Below, piece by piece: positions 28,153 through 36,054 of a stretch of DNA of 50,252 nt. This DNA comes from Chloroflexota bacterium (GTDB lineage: Bacteria > Chloroflexota > Dormibacteria > CF-121): contig VBHQ01000056.1 of NCBI GenBank assembly GCA_005880395.1, positions 1 through 50,252 of the forward strand. The letters are read 5' to 3'. Numbering within the stretch: the stretch's first letter is position 1; each line of letters starts with the position of its first letter. The translations under genes were made by a program, and so were the position numbers. The notes under the pieces are model-generated. The model was not told the DNA's origin, ran no database searches, and saw only the letters and a list, made by a program, of their open reading frames with translations.

Positions 28153-28943
28153 CCCGGCGTCGTCGAGGGGCACTGGTCACCGGAGCGGTCCTGGCCGCCG
28201 CCAGCCTGCTTCCCCCCGTCCTCACCGCCACCGACGGGCGCCTCAGCAACCACACGATGCTCGAGATGGCGCTCGTCGCTTTGATCGTTCCGCTGATTGC
28301 CTATGGGCTCAGCCCGCTGCCAGGCGGTGGCCGGGGATTCAGCATCCACCCGGTGGTCGGCATCCTTGCGCTCAACGTCGTCATCTTTGCTGGGCAACTG
28401 CCGGTCGTCGTGGACGCCGCCGCGGCCAACGGGGCGGTCCGCGAGCTTCTGCAGCTTGGAATTATCGCGGGCGCCCTCCTCTTCTGGTCGCCGATCGTCG
28501 GATCCAGCCGATTGAGCGCGATCGCGAAGATCGGCACGCTCATGGTTGCCGGCGTTCCGCCGACGATCCCGGGTCTGACGCTGGCGCTGTCCCATCATCT
28601 CTTCTACCAGGCGTATCGGTCGATCGACGATCAGCAGCTGGCCGGGCTGGTGCTGTTCGGTACCGCAAAATTTGCGCTGGTCGGCGGTACCTTTGTTGTC
28701 TTGTGGCGGATGCTCAGCCCCGGCAACGAGCCGGACGATCGCGACGACCACCACGTGCCAATGGATGCGACCCCGCCCACAGGACCGGCCTGGTTGCGGC
28801 GGCTCGACGAAGAGCTTCCCCCCGAGCTCGACCGGCCGCGTAGGCCGGTTCCGGCCGGACGCCAGGCCGATCAGATGAGCGGCCAGGGGTACGCCCAGCG
28901 GGACGTCGGCACTGGGAATCGACCTTCGTCAGCCAGACGCTGA
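28149..28943 (+). CDS. Divergent CtaG-like (caa3 assembly factor) membrane protein
   Basis: HPVV..., LLFWSPIV and DQQLAGLV motifs in CtaG order; several His positions appear replaced. Confidence 0.6.
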   Translation: MTRRRRGALVTGAVLAAASLLPPVLTATDGRLSNHTMLEMALVALIVPLIAYGLSPLPGGGRGFSIHPVVGILALNVVIFAGQLPVVVDAAAANGAVRELLQLGIIAGALLFWSPIVGSSRLSAIAKIGTLMVAGVPPTIPGLTLALSHHLFYQAYRSIDDQQLAGLVLFGTAKFALVGGTFVVLWRMLSPGNEPDDRDDHHVPMDATPPTGPAWLRRLDEELPPELDRPRRPVPAGRQADQMSGQGYAQRDVGTGNRPSSARR

Positions 28944-29656
28944 GCCCGGTGGGCGAGCGCCTTGAGCTCGGCGCGCGCCAGAAACACCGTCAACGGCTTG
29001 ATCGACGCATCGCTCGAGAGCACGGCGGCCGCAAAGCGGCGCGCATCCTGCCGAAGCTGGGCCGGCACCTCCTCCCCGGCAAACTCCCAGATCACCGTCC
29101 GCAGCTTCGGCAGCACGTGAAAGGTCAGCCCGTTATCGACGCCCCAGATGTGTTCCTGGCGATCGATCAAGCAGTGCCCGCTCTTGCGGTCGGCGTTGTT
29201 GACGATGACGTCGAAGGCGGCCATGGTTCGGAAATCCGCAGCCCTCGCCGGCATCAGGGAAAAGTAGTGTTCGCGTAAATCGGCCTGCACGAACTGTTGC
29301 AGCGACCCTGCCCCCATCGGGCCGTCACGGCGATAGACGGTATGGGGGACGACACCCCAGCCGAGCGCCTCGGAGACAAGATAGGCGGCGACCTCCCGCT
29401 TGCCCAGCGTCCCGTCCGGAAAGTCGTCCAGCGGCGTCTCGCCGGCGGCCGGCTTGTACACCCCCAGGGTCTGCGCCCCGTGACTGTCGCAGACTTCGGC
29501 CAAATAGGTGTAGTTGGAGCAGTCGGGCATCAGGCCTCGGGCCTTGATACGTCCCTCGCGCAGCAGCAACCGTTGGGCCTCGCCATCAGGAGCGGAGAAG
29601 TGCCTGGCCACCGGGTCAATGATGCCCGTTGAGGCGCGGGCAGATGCCGCCGTCAT
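28871..29656 (-). CDS. SCO1664 family PI3/4-kinase-like protein (start 29656 or 29611)
   Basis: [54 protein letters not shown]. Confidence 0.88.
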   Translation of the reverse strand: MTAASARASTGIIDPVARHFSAPDGEAQRLLLREGRIKARGLMPDCSNYTYLAEVCDSHGAQTLGVYKPAAGETPLDDFPDGTLGKREVAAYLVSEALGWGVVPHTVYRRDGPMGAGSLQQFVQADLREHYFSLMPARAADFRTMAAFDVIVNNADRKSGHCLIDRQEHIWGVDNGLTFHVLPKLRTVIWEFAGEEVPAQLRQDARRFAAAVLSSDASIKPLTVFLARAELKALAHRAQRLADEGRFPVPTSRWAYPWPLI

Positions 29657-29982
29657 GGTCGATTGGTCCGCCACAGAGCGGGCAGGGCGGCCGGCCGGCG
29701 CTGATCACGGTCGCCGCATGCGCCGCCGCCGACGCGCCACACCGGCCGGATCGGTTCCTCCAGGGCCATGTTGGGGAGCTTGCCGGCCGGTGGCACAGAG
29801 ACCCGGGTGAACACTTCCTGCAAGCGCTCGGTCAGGGTGCGAAGTTGTTCCTTCTCGACCGTGACGCTGATCAGATTTGACCCGGCTCGCATCTGCAAGT
29901 AAAACGTCCGCTTCCCCGCCTCGCCGACCGCACCGGCGGTCACGCGGTTCACCAGATCCAGGTCAAAGCTTCCGGAAGGCAT
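29616..29982 (-). CDS. DUF3090 family protein, frameshifting gap near 29728
   Basis: N-terminus [16 protein letters not shown]...EKEQL; C-terminus [27 protein letters not shown] is in a different frame. Confidence 0.85.
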
Positions 29983-30011
29983 GACGGTTTCATTCTCGCA
30001 GCGAGCGGCAC

Positions 30012-30044
30012 AAAAAAATGCGGGCCGTTGGGGAAACGGCCCGC
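30012..30044 (-). terminator. Intrinsic terminator
   Basis: GCGGGCCGTT-TCCCC-AACGGCCCGC then A-TTTTTTT on the minus strand. Confidence 0.8.
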
Positions 30045-30074
30045 TAAATGGAGGGGGAGGAATCGTCGATTACA
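30012..30074 (-). ncRNA. Candidate ~60-nt small RNA with CCUCCCCCUCC motif
   Basis: Strong terminator with no credible upstream minus-strand CDS; C-rich tract at 30050-30060; possible -10 near 30077-30086. Confidence 0.4.
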
Positions 30075-30145
30075 CCAATATCTGTACCCAGTTTGGCCGG
30101 GTGCTAGCGTGCGGCGGCATCGGGCGATCACCTGAATCGAGCGCG

Positions 30146-30163
30146 GCCGCAACCGGTTGCGGC
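30146..30163. promoter_or_regulatory. 18-bp perfect palindrome, possible regulator site
   Basis: GCCGCAACCGGTTGCGGC in the divergent region upstream of the kinase. Confidence 0.35.
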
Positions 30164-30196
30164 GAGAGCCCGAAAATGCGTGCCTAGAATCAACGT

Positions 30197-31219
30197 GTGA
30201 GCCGACCGCTGGACCCCCGGTGGTGGCACCGCAACCTGACGACGTTCCAGAAGGTGGTGGTGGCAAACAGCGCCATCATCGTCATCGGGGCGATCATCGG
30301 GCCGTTGATCACGGTGAACGTCTCCGGCAGCCGGCTGCCCTTCCTGATCGGGCTGCTGGCGATTGGCCTGATCGCCATCCTGGTGGCGAACTTTCTCATC
30401 CTTCGCCTCGCCTTCCGCCCCATGCGCGAGCTGGAATCGACGATGGGCGCTGTGCAGCCAGGCGTGGAAGAGTTGCGGGTGCAGACGAATTTTGCCGATC
30501 CGGACTTGCGGCGGATCGCCACCGTCTTCAACTCCATGCTCGACCGGCTCGAGCACGAGCGGCACGTGAGCGCCCAGCGAGTGCTACAGGCGCAGGAGCG
30601 CGAGCGGCAGCGCGTCGCCAGGGAGCTTCATGACCAGACCGGCCAAACGCTGACTCACGAGATCATCAGCCTGGACTTGCTGCTGGAACGGACCGCAGAC
30701 CCCAAGGCGCATCAGCAGCTGGAGGCCGTCAAGCGAACCCTGGAGGAAACGCTCGAGGAAGTGCACCGCATGTCGCAGGACCTGCGGCCGTCCGTCCTCG
30801 ACGACCTCGGGCTGGTGCCGGCGCTACGGACGCTGGCCAAGCAACCCTCGGGGGCGGAGGTCTCGCTTCACGTCGACGGGCTCCGTGATCGTCTGCCAGC
30901 GCCGATCGAGACGGCGCTTTACCGCATCGCCCAGGAAGCCTTGACCAACGCGAACAAGTACGCGCGCGCCTCGCACGTCAATATCGACCTGCGCTGCGTC
31001 AACAGCCACGTGTCGCTGCGCGTTCAGGACGACGGCATCGGCTTCGACCCGCGGAGCATCCCCGAGAAGGAGGAGCCGGGTCGCGCTGGTTTGGGGATCT
31101 TCGGCATGCGCGAACGGGCCACCCTCTTGCGCGGCACCCTCGACGTCCGTTCGGCGCCGCTGCGCGGCACCGAGATCGTCGCCCAATTACCGCTGGAGGA
31201 GCGCCATGCAACAAGTTGA
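30197..31219 (+). CDS. Sensor histidine kinase (HisKA_3 / NarX-like; 2 TM + HAMP)
   Basis: QERERQRVARELHD, LRPSVLDDLGL, YRIAQEALTN, DDGIGF, GMRERA. Confidence 0.93.
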   Translation: MSRPLDPRWWHRNLTTFQKVVVANSAIIVIGAIIGPLITVNVSGSRLPFLIGLLAIGLIAILVANFLILRLAFRPMRELESTMGAVQPGVEELRVQTNFADPDLRRIATVFNSMLDRLEHERHVSAQRVLQAQERERQRVARELHDQTGQTLTHEIISLDLLLERTADPKAHQQLEAVKRTLEETLEEVHRMSQDLRPSVLDDLGLVPALRTLAKQPSGAEVSLHVDGLRDRLPAPIETALYRIAQEALTNANKYARASHVNIDLRCVNSHVSLRVQDDGIGFDPRSIPEKEEPGRAGLGIFGMRERATLLRGTLDVRSAPLRGTEIVAQLPLEERHATS

Positions 31220-31871
31220 GCGCCGACCGATCCGCGTGATGCTGGTCGAAGACCACAATCTGGTCCGGGCCGGCATCCGTGCTGTGATCGATGGCCAGAG
31301 CGACATCCAGGTGATCGCCGAGGCCACCGAAGCGCGCGAGGCAATCCGGCTGGCGCGCGCCAATTGTCCCGACGTCGCGGTCGTCGACGTGGCCATGCCG
31401 GGCATGTCGGGGATCGAGGCGACTCGCGAGATCCGCCGTCTCTGTCCCCAAACCCAGGTCGTGATCTTGACGGCGCACGACAACGAGGAATATTTCTTTC
31501 AGACACTGAAGGCGGGCGCGGTCGGCTATGTGCTCAAAAAGGCCGCCGCCTCCGACCTGATCGCCGCGATCGAGGCGGCCAGCAAGGGCGAGCCCTACCT
31601 GTATCCATCGGTCGCCCGTCTCCTCGTCTCCGACTATCTGCAGCGGGCTCCGGAACGCGAGACCTTCGAGCCGCTCAGCGACCGGGAACGGGAGGTGCTC
31701 CGGCTGGTCGCCGAGGGCAAGACCAACCGGCAGATTGCGGACACGCTGTTCCTCAGCATCAAGACGGTGCAGACGCACCGCGATCACATCATGAAAAAGC
31801 TCAAGATGCACGACCGCACCGAGCTGGTGAAATATGCGATCCGCAAGGGGCTGATCGAAGCCGACAGCTAG
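31206..31871 (+). CDS. NarL/LuxR family response regulator
   Basis: Receiver VEDH...VVDVAMPG; HTH LSDREREVL...TVQTHR. Confidence 0.95.
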   Translation: MQQVERRPIRVMLVEDHNLVRAGIRAVIDGQSDIQVIAEATEAREAIRLARANCPDVAVVDVAMPGMSGIEATREIRRLCPQTQVVILTAHDNEEYFFQTLKAGAVGYVLKKAAASDLIAAIEAASKGEPYLYPSVARLLVSDYLQRAPERETFEPLSDREREVLRLVAEGKTNRQIADTLFLSIKTVQTHRDHIMKKLKMHDRTELVKYAIRKGLIEADS

Positions 31872-32986
31872 GACGAGGCGCGCGTCACCGGCTCGCCGAG
31901 AAACCGACTGATGTCTGAAATTTCGCGCTCAACAGCCTGTTCCGTGCGGCGACCTCTGGATCCCGGCTCCAGCTCCACGACGACTTCACGTCGACGTGCG
32001 GCCTTGCGCAGCTTCCAGGTGCCAACCACCCGACCATCGACGACCACCGCCGGATGGACCCAGCCCCCGCCCCGCTGCAATCGCCGTTGAAGTTCCGACG
32101 AGACCGCCAGATCCCGCCGGCGATAACCCAACAGATAGGTGTCGAACGCCGGGAGCAGTCGAAGATTCGGAACGCCTGGCAGATGCTGGCGCGATTGGCG
32201 CAATCCTCCTTTCGGAAGAAAGGCCGATTGCCCGTGGATGGCGACGTCTTTGAGCGCGGGCATTGCGCCGGCAAGTCCAGCACGTGCCTGAGGCATCGGC
32301 AGACCAGACCAGGCGGCAAAGTCTTCAAGGGTGGCCGGACCGTAGGCAAGGAAGTACCGGTGGGCGAGCTCCGGCAACGATGGCTTGGACCGGGAGGTCC
32401 GTCCCGGCACCCAGTCATCGAGCGCCACATAAGTTGGTTCGCCGTTGGGCCGCTCAGGACCGAGACAGCAAACTCCGTTTAGGGCGGCTGTTGCAATGAG
32501 ATGGATTGGCGCCTGCGTTCGCGGATCGAGCCCGATATTCACACGGCGCAACTCGTCGACCAGTTCGTATCGAGTCAGCGGTCCGCGATCCGCGAGGATC
32601 CTGCCGATCGCACTGATCCCCTTCGCCTTCACCGCATCATCGAGTCCGAGCTGTGCGTGTCGCGCCCGATTAGCGGAGGCGAAAACCGGTCCGACCAGCG
32701 CAAGGAGCCAGCGGACGTCCTCGGCGGCGACGACGTGGAGCGTTCCGCGCATCAGCCAGGTGCGCACGATCGACCGCTCTTTGACAAGCGCCCGCGTGAC
32801 ATCAGCCAATCGAAGGTCCGTTCCGCGGGCACGCAAACCAAGCGCGGCTGCGTCAAAGACCTGTGCCTGCAGGCCGCAGATGTCGCGAAGAATCCGGTCA
32901 GGCGTCGAGCGGCGCCGCGTTTCGTCCGTCAGCCGTTGGGCACGCGCTCGCAGCAGGAGCGCCTGGTCGTCCGCGATCGTGACGTC
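31868..32986 (-). CDS. AlkZ/YcaQ-like (HTH_42) winged-helix DNA glycosylase; start not resolved
   Basis: GLQAQ motif at 32861-32875 in frame upstream of the called start; RTWLMRGTLH, YFLAYGPAT..DFAAWSGL, LLPAFDTYLLGY, DGRVVGTW. Confidence 0.85.
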   Translation of the reverse strand, partial: DVTIADDQALLLRARAQRLTDETRRRSTPDRILRDICGLQAQVFDAAALGLRARGTDLRLADVTRALVKERSIVRTWLMRGTLHVVAAEDVRWLLALVGPVFASANRARHAQLGLDDAVKAKGISAIGRILADRGPLTRYELVDELRRVNIGLDPRTQAPIHLIATAALNGVCCLGPERPNGEPTYVALDDWVPGRTSRSKPSLPELAHRYFLAYGPATLEDFAAWSGLPMPQARAGLAGAMPALKDVAIHGQSAFLPKGGLRQSRQHLPGVPNLRLLPAFDTYLLGYRRRDLAVSSELQRRLQRGGGWVHPAVVVDGRVVGTWKLRKAARRREVVVELEPGSRGRRTEQAVEREISDISRFLGEPVTRASS

Positions 32987-34406
32987 AGCCGCCGGCTGCT
33001 CCCGCCTCCATCCCAGGCCGGGTCATCCTGGCCGGATCTAACAGACGGTCGAGCTCGTCGGCGGAGAGCTTGGTCTGCTCCCTTGCGATCTCGCGGATGG
33101 TTCTTCCGTTCGCCAGCGCCTCTTTCGCGATCCTGGCGGCGGCATCGTAGCCGATCGCCGGCGCCAGGGCGGTGGCCAGCATCAGCCCCTGCTCGACCAT
33201 CTGCGGCCCGCGCTCGGTCGCTTTGATGCCGTCGATACACTGGCGTGCCAGATTCTGCGCGGAGCTCGCCAGCAAACCGATGCTCTCGAGCAGGCTGTAA
33301 GCGGCGACCGGCATCATCAGGTTGAGCTCGAAGATGCTTCCCGACTGCGCGGCGACCGCGATCGTCGCGTCGTTCCCCAACACCCGCGCGACGACCATGG
33401 TCAGCGACTCGATGATGACCGGATTGACCTTGCCGGGCATGATCGAGCTTCCTGGTTGGACCTCCGGCAAGGTGATCTCGCCGAGGCCGGCGCGCGGCCC
33501 TGATGCAAACCAGCGTAGGTCGTTGCCGATCTTCCAGAGACTGACCGCGACGGTGCGCAGCGCCCCGGCGGCTGACAGCACGGCGTCCAGCGTCGCCTGG
33601 GCCTGGAAGTGGTTTTTGGTTTCCTGCACCATGACCCCTGCCCGCCGGCTCAGGTGCTGACACACCCGCTGCGCGAACTCGGGATGGGCGTTCAGGCCGG
33701 TGCCCACCGCCGTTCCGCCCAGTGGCAGATCGGCGAGCTCCTCGGCAGCAAGCCGGGCGCGAGCCATGCCCCGCTCCGCCTGGCCGGCGTAGCCCGTAAA
33801 TTCCTGGCCCAGGCGGATCGGGGTCGCGTCCTGCAGGTGGGTGCGCCCGGTCTTGATCACCGGCATGAACTCGCTGGCTTTCTTCTCGAGTGCCTCCTTG
33901 AGGTAGCTCAATGCCGGGATGAGCTCTTCGTGGATCGCGACCAGCGCGGCAAGCTGCATCGCGGAAGGAATCACGTCGTTGCTGGATTGGCAGCGGTTGA
34001 CGTGGTCGTTCGGATGGACCGGCTTGCGGCTGCCAAGCGGACCGCCAAGCAACTCATTCGCGCGATTGGCGATCACCTCGTTGGCGTTGGTGTTCGTCGA
34101 GGTTCCGGAACCCGTCTGAAAGACGTCGACGACGAAGTGGTTGTCGAATTTACCTTCCTCGACCTCTTCGGCGGCCTGCTGAATGGCGTTCGCCAGCTGC
34201 GCCTCGAGCAGCCCCAGCTCGCTGTTGACCAGGGCTGCCGCGCCTTTGATCTGCGCCATCGCCCGGATGAATCGGCGTGGCAAGCGGAGCCCGCTGATCG
34301 GAAAATTCTGACGCGCGCGTTCTGTGCTCGCACCGTAGTAAGCGCCTGCTGGAACCGCCACGTCTCCCATCGAGTCGCGTTCCATGCGGGACGCCTCCTC
34401 CGTCAT
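32985..34406 (-). CDS. fumC: Class II fumarate hydratase
   Basis: ERDSMG, FQTGSGTSTN, VHPNDHVN, GRTHLQDATP, GSSIMPGKVNP. Confidence 0.95.
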   Translation of the reverse strand: MTEEASRMERDSMGDVAVPAGAYYGASTERARQNFPISGLRLPRRFIRAMAQIKGAAALVNSELGLLEAQLANAIQQAAEEVEEGKFDNHFVVDVFQTGSGTSTNTNANEVIANRANELLGGPLGSRKPVHPNDHVNRCQSSNDVIPSAMQLAALVAIHEELIPALSYLKEALEKKASEFMPVIKTGRTHLQDATPIRLGQEFTGYAGQAERGMARARLAAEELADLPLGGTAVGTGLNAHPEFAQRVCQHLSRRAGVMVQETKNHFQAQATLDAVLSAAGALRTVAVSLWKIGNDLRWFASGPRAGLGEITLPEVQPGSSIMPGKVNPVIIESLTMVVARVLGNDATIAVAAQSGSIFELNLMMPVAAYSLLESIGLLASSAQNLARQCIDGIKATERGPQMVEQGLMLATALAPAIGYDAAARIAKEALANGRTIREIAREQTKLSADELDRLLDPARMTRPGMEAGAAGG

Positions 34407-34475
34407 CGGGGCCATCCTAGCAAGCCAGTCTCGGGAGGACGCGGGGTTCTCCCCGCGTGTAATCTGTAGGCCGTC

Positions 34476-34916
34476 ATGGCGCAGATCGTGTCCATTCAGC
34501 TCTGCCCGGGTCATCGCGAACCGATGCGCCCGGTCGATCAAGCCAGGTTGATCACCGGCGTCGGGCTTGAAGACGACAAGCATGCCAGTCCCGCGTCGCT
34601 TCGGCAGGTTTTGCTCGCGGACCGGGAAGCGCTCGACGACGTTGGCGTCGCGTCCGGCACCATCAAAGAGAACCTCACGGTTGAGGGACTGAACGTAATG
34701 GCACTGGCCGTCGGTACCCGGCTGCGGCTGGGAGCCCAGGCCGTTCTCGAGATCACCAAGGTTTGCGAGCCTTGCTTCCGCATGGATGAAATCCGCATGG
34801 GCCTCAAGGATGAGCTGGTCGGCCGCCGCGGCATGGTCTCGCGCGTGATCCAGGGCGGCAGCATCAAGGTCGGCGATGCGATCGCCATCGAAGCCGTCGA
34901 ATCGCTCGCCTCCTAG
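34476..34916 (+). CDS. MOSC domain protein
   Basis: GLEDDKH, RQVLL, ENLTVEG, CEPC, RRGM. Confidence 0.85.
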   Translation: MAQIVSIQLCPGHREPMRPVDQARLITGVGLEDDKHASPASLRQVLLADREALDDVGVASGTIKENLTVEGLNVMALAVGTRLRLGAQAVLEITKVCEPCFRMDEIRMGLKDELVGRRGMVSRVIQGGSIKVGDAIAIEAVESLAS

Positions 34917-34917
34917 C

Positions 34918-35769
34918 TTGATTCGCGCCGTCGACCTGCACGTCCACCTGCCGGTGAAGGAGTGGCTGGATGGCAGCATGGGGCCTTACCGGGAGCCGGC
35001 GGCCCACTACTTTCGCTCCAAAGTCCAGGAGCGCAGCGTCGACGAGCTCGCCCTCGATTTCGCCCAGGAGCAGGTCTTTGGCATTCTCCTCGCCTGGGAC
35101 GCCCAGACGGCGACCAAACGGCCGCCACTGACGAACGATTTCGTCGCCGCGATCGTCCGGCGCCATCCCAAGCGGTTTGCCTTTTTCGCCTCGGTCGATC
35201 CCTGGAAGGACAGCGCCGTCCGTGACCTGGAACGCGCCGTCAAGGAGCTGGGCGCGATCGGCGCGAAATTCCATCCGTCCCTGCAGGATTTCTACCCGAG
35301 CGACGAGCGTCACTTCCGACTCTGGGAGAAGGCCAGCGAGCTCGGCATTCCCTGCCTCTTTCACACCGGCACCAGCGGCATCGGTGCCGGCGAGCCGGGC
35401 GGTCAGGGCATCAAGCTCGACCCGGCGCGGCCGATCCATCTCGACGTCATTGCCGCCCGCTTCCCGGCGCTGCCCATCATCGCCGCCCATTTCGGCTGGC
35501 CCTGGCATCTCGAGCTGATCGCGATGGCGCTGCACAAGGCGAACATCTACATCGAGCTATCCGGCTGGTCGCCACGGTATTACCCGCCGGAGCTGGTTCG
35601 CGAGATCGGTGGTCGCCTCCAGGACCGAACCCTGTTCGGCAGCGACTACCCGTTCATCAAACCGGCCCGGGTGATCGAAGAGCTCGAAGCCGTCGAGTTG
35701 AAGCCGGAGGCGAAGGTCAAGATCCTTCGCGAGAACGCCGCCCGGCTGCTGAAGTTGCAGCTCGCCTAG
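34918..35769 (+). CDS. Amidohydro_2 family metal hydrolase (CouO-like)
   Basis: DLHVH, KFHPSLQ, FHTG, AHFGWPW, LSGWSPRY, FGSDYP. Confidence 0.85.
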   Translation: MIRAVDLHVHLPVKEWLDGSMGPYREPAAHYFRSKVQERSVDELALDFAQEQVFGILLAWDAQTATKRPPLTNDFVAAIVRRHPKRFAFFASVDPWKDSAVRDLERAVKELGAIGAKFHPSLQDFYPSDERHFRLWEKASELGIPCLFHTGTSGIGAGEPGGQGIKLDPARPIHLDVIAARFPALPIIAAHFGWPWHLELIAMALHKANIYIELSGWSPRYYPPELVREIGGRLQDRTLFGSDYPFIKPARVIEELEAVELKPEAKVKILRENAARLLKLQLA

Positions 35770-36035
35770 GCCCTCTTGGCCTGGCCCTCCCAGCAGGTCA
35801 CGCCATCGGGTCCGACGATGGCGCCGTGCGCCGTGCCGGCGGGAAGGTCCATCCGGTCGCCGGCCGTCATCGCGATTGGCTGCCGTCCGGCAGGAGTGAA
35901 GGTGATCGCGCCGCGCTCGACGTAAAGAACCTTTCGATACGGATGGCTGTGCGTCTCGTACTCGAAGCCGGGGCCGTTGCTCCACTGGTAGCAGCGGTCG
36001 GCTTCTTCGCGTAGCCGCTCTTCGACGCGGGCCAT
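35766..36035 (-). CDS. Small cupin domain protein
   Basis: YETHSHPYRKVLYV..G and GDRMDLPAGTAH. Confidence 0.85.
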   Translation of the reverse strand: MARVEERLREEADRCYQWSNGPGFEYETHSHPYRKVLYVERGAITFTPAGRQPIAMTAGDRMDLPAGTAHGAIVGPDGVTCWEGQAKRA

Positions 36036-36054
36036 GCTCTCATAATGCACGTCG

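Noticed and set aside
30050-30060. GGAGGGGGAGG as an RBS for a plus-strand gene
   Set aside because: No ATG/GTG/TTG at suitable spacing downstream; better read as a minus-strand C-rich motif
34416-34979. N-terminal extension of fumC (664-aa ORF)
   Set aside because: It is antisense to the MOSC gene; FumC motifs start near 34406
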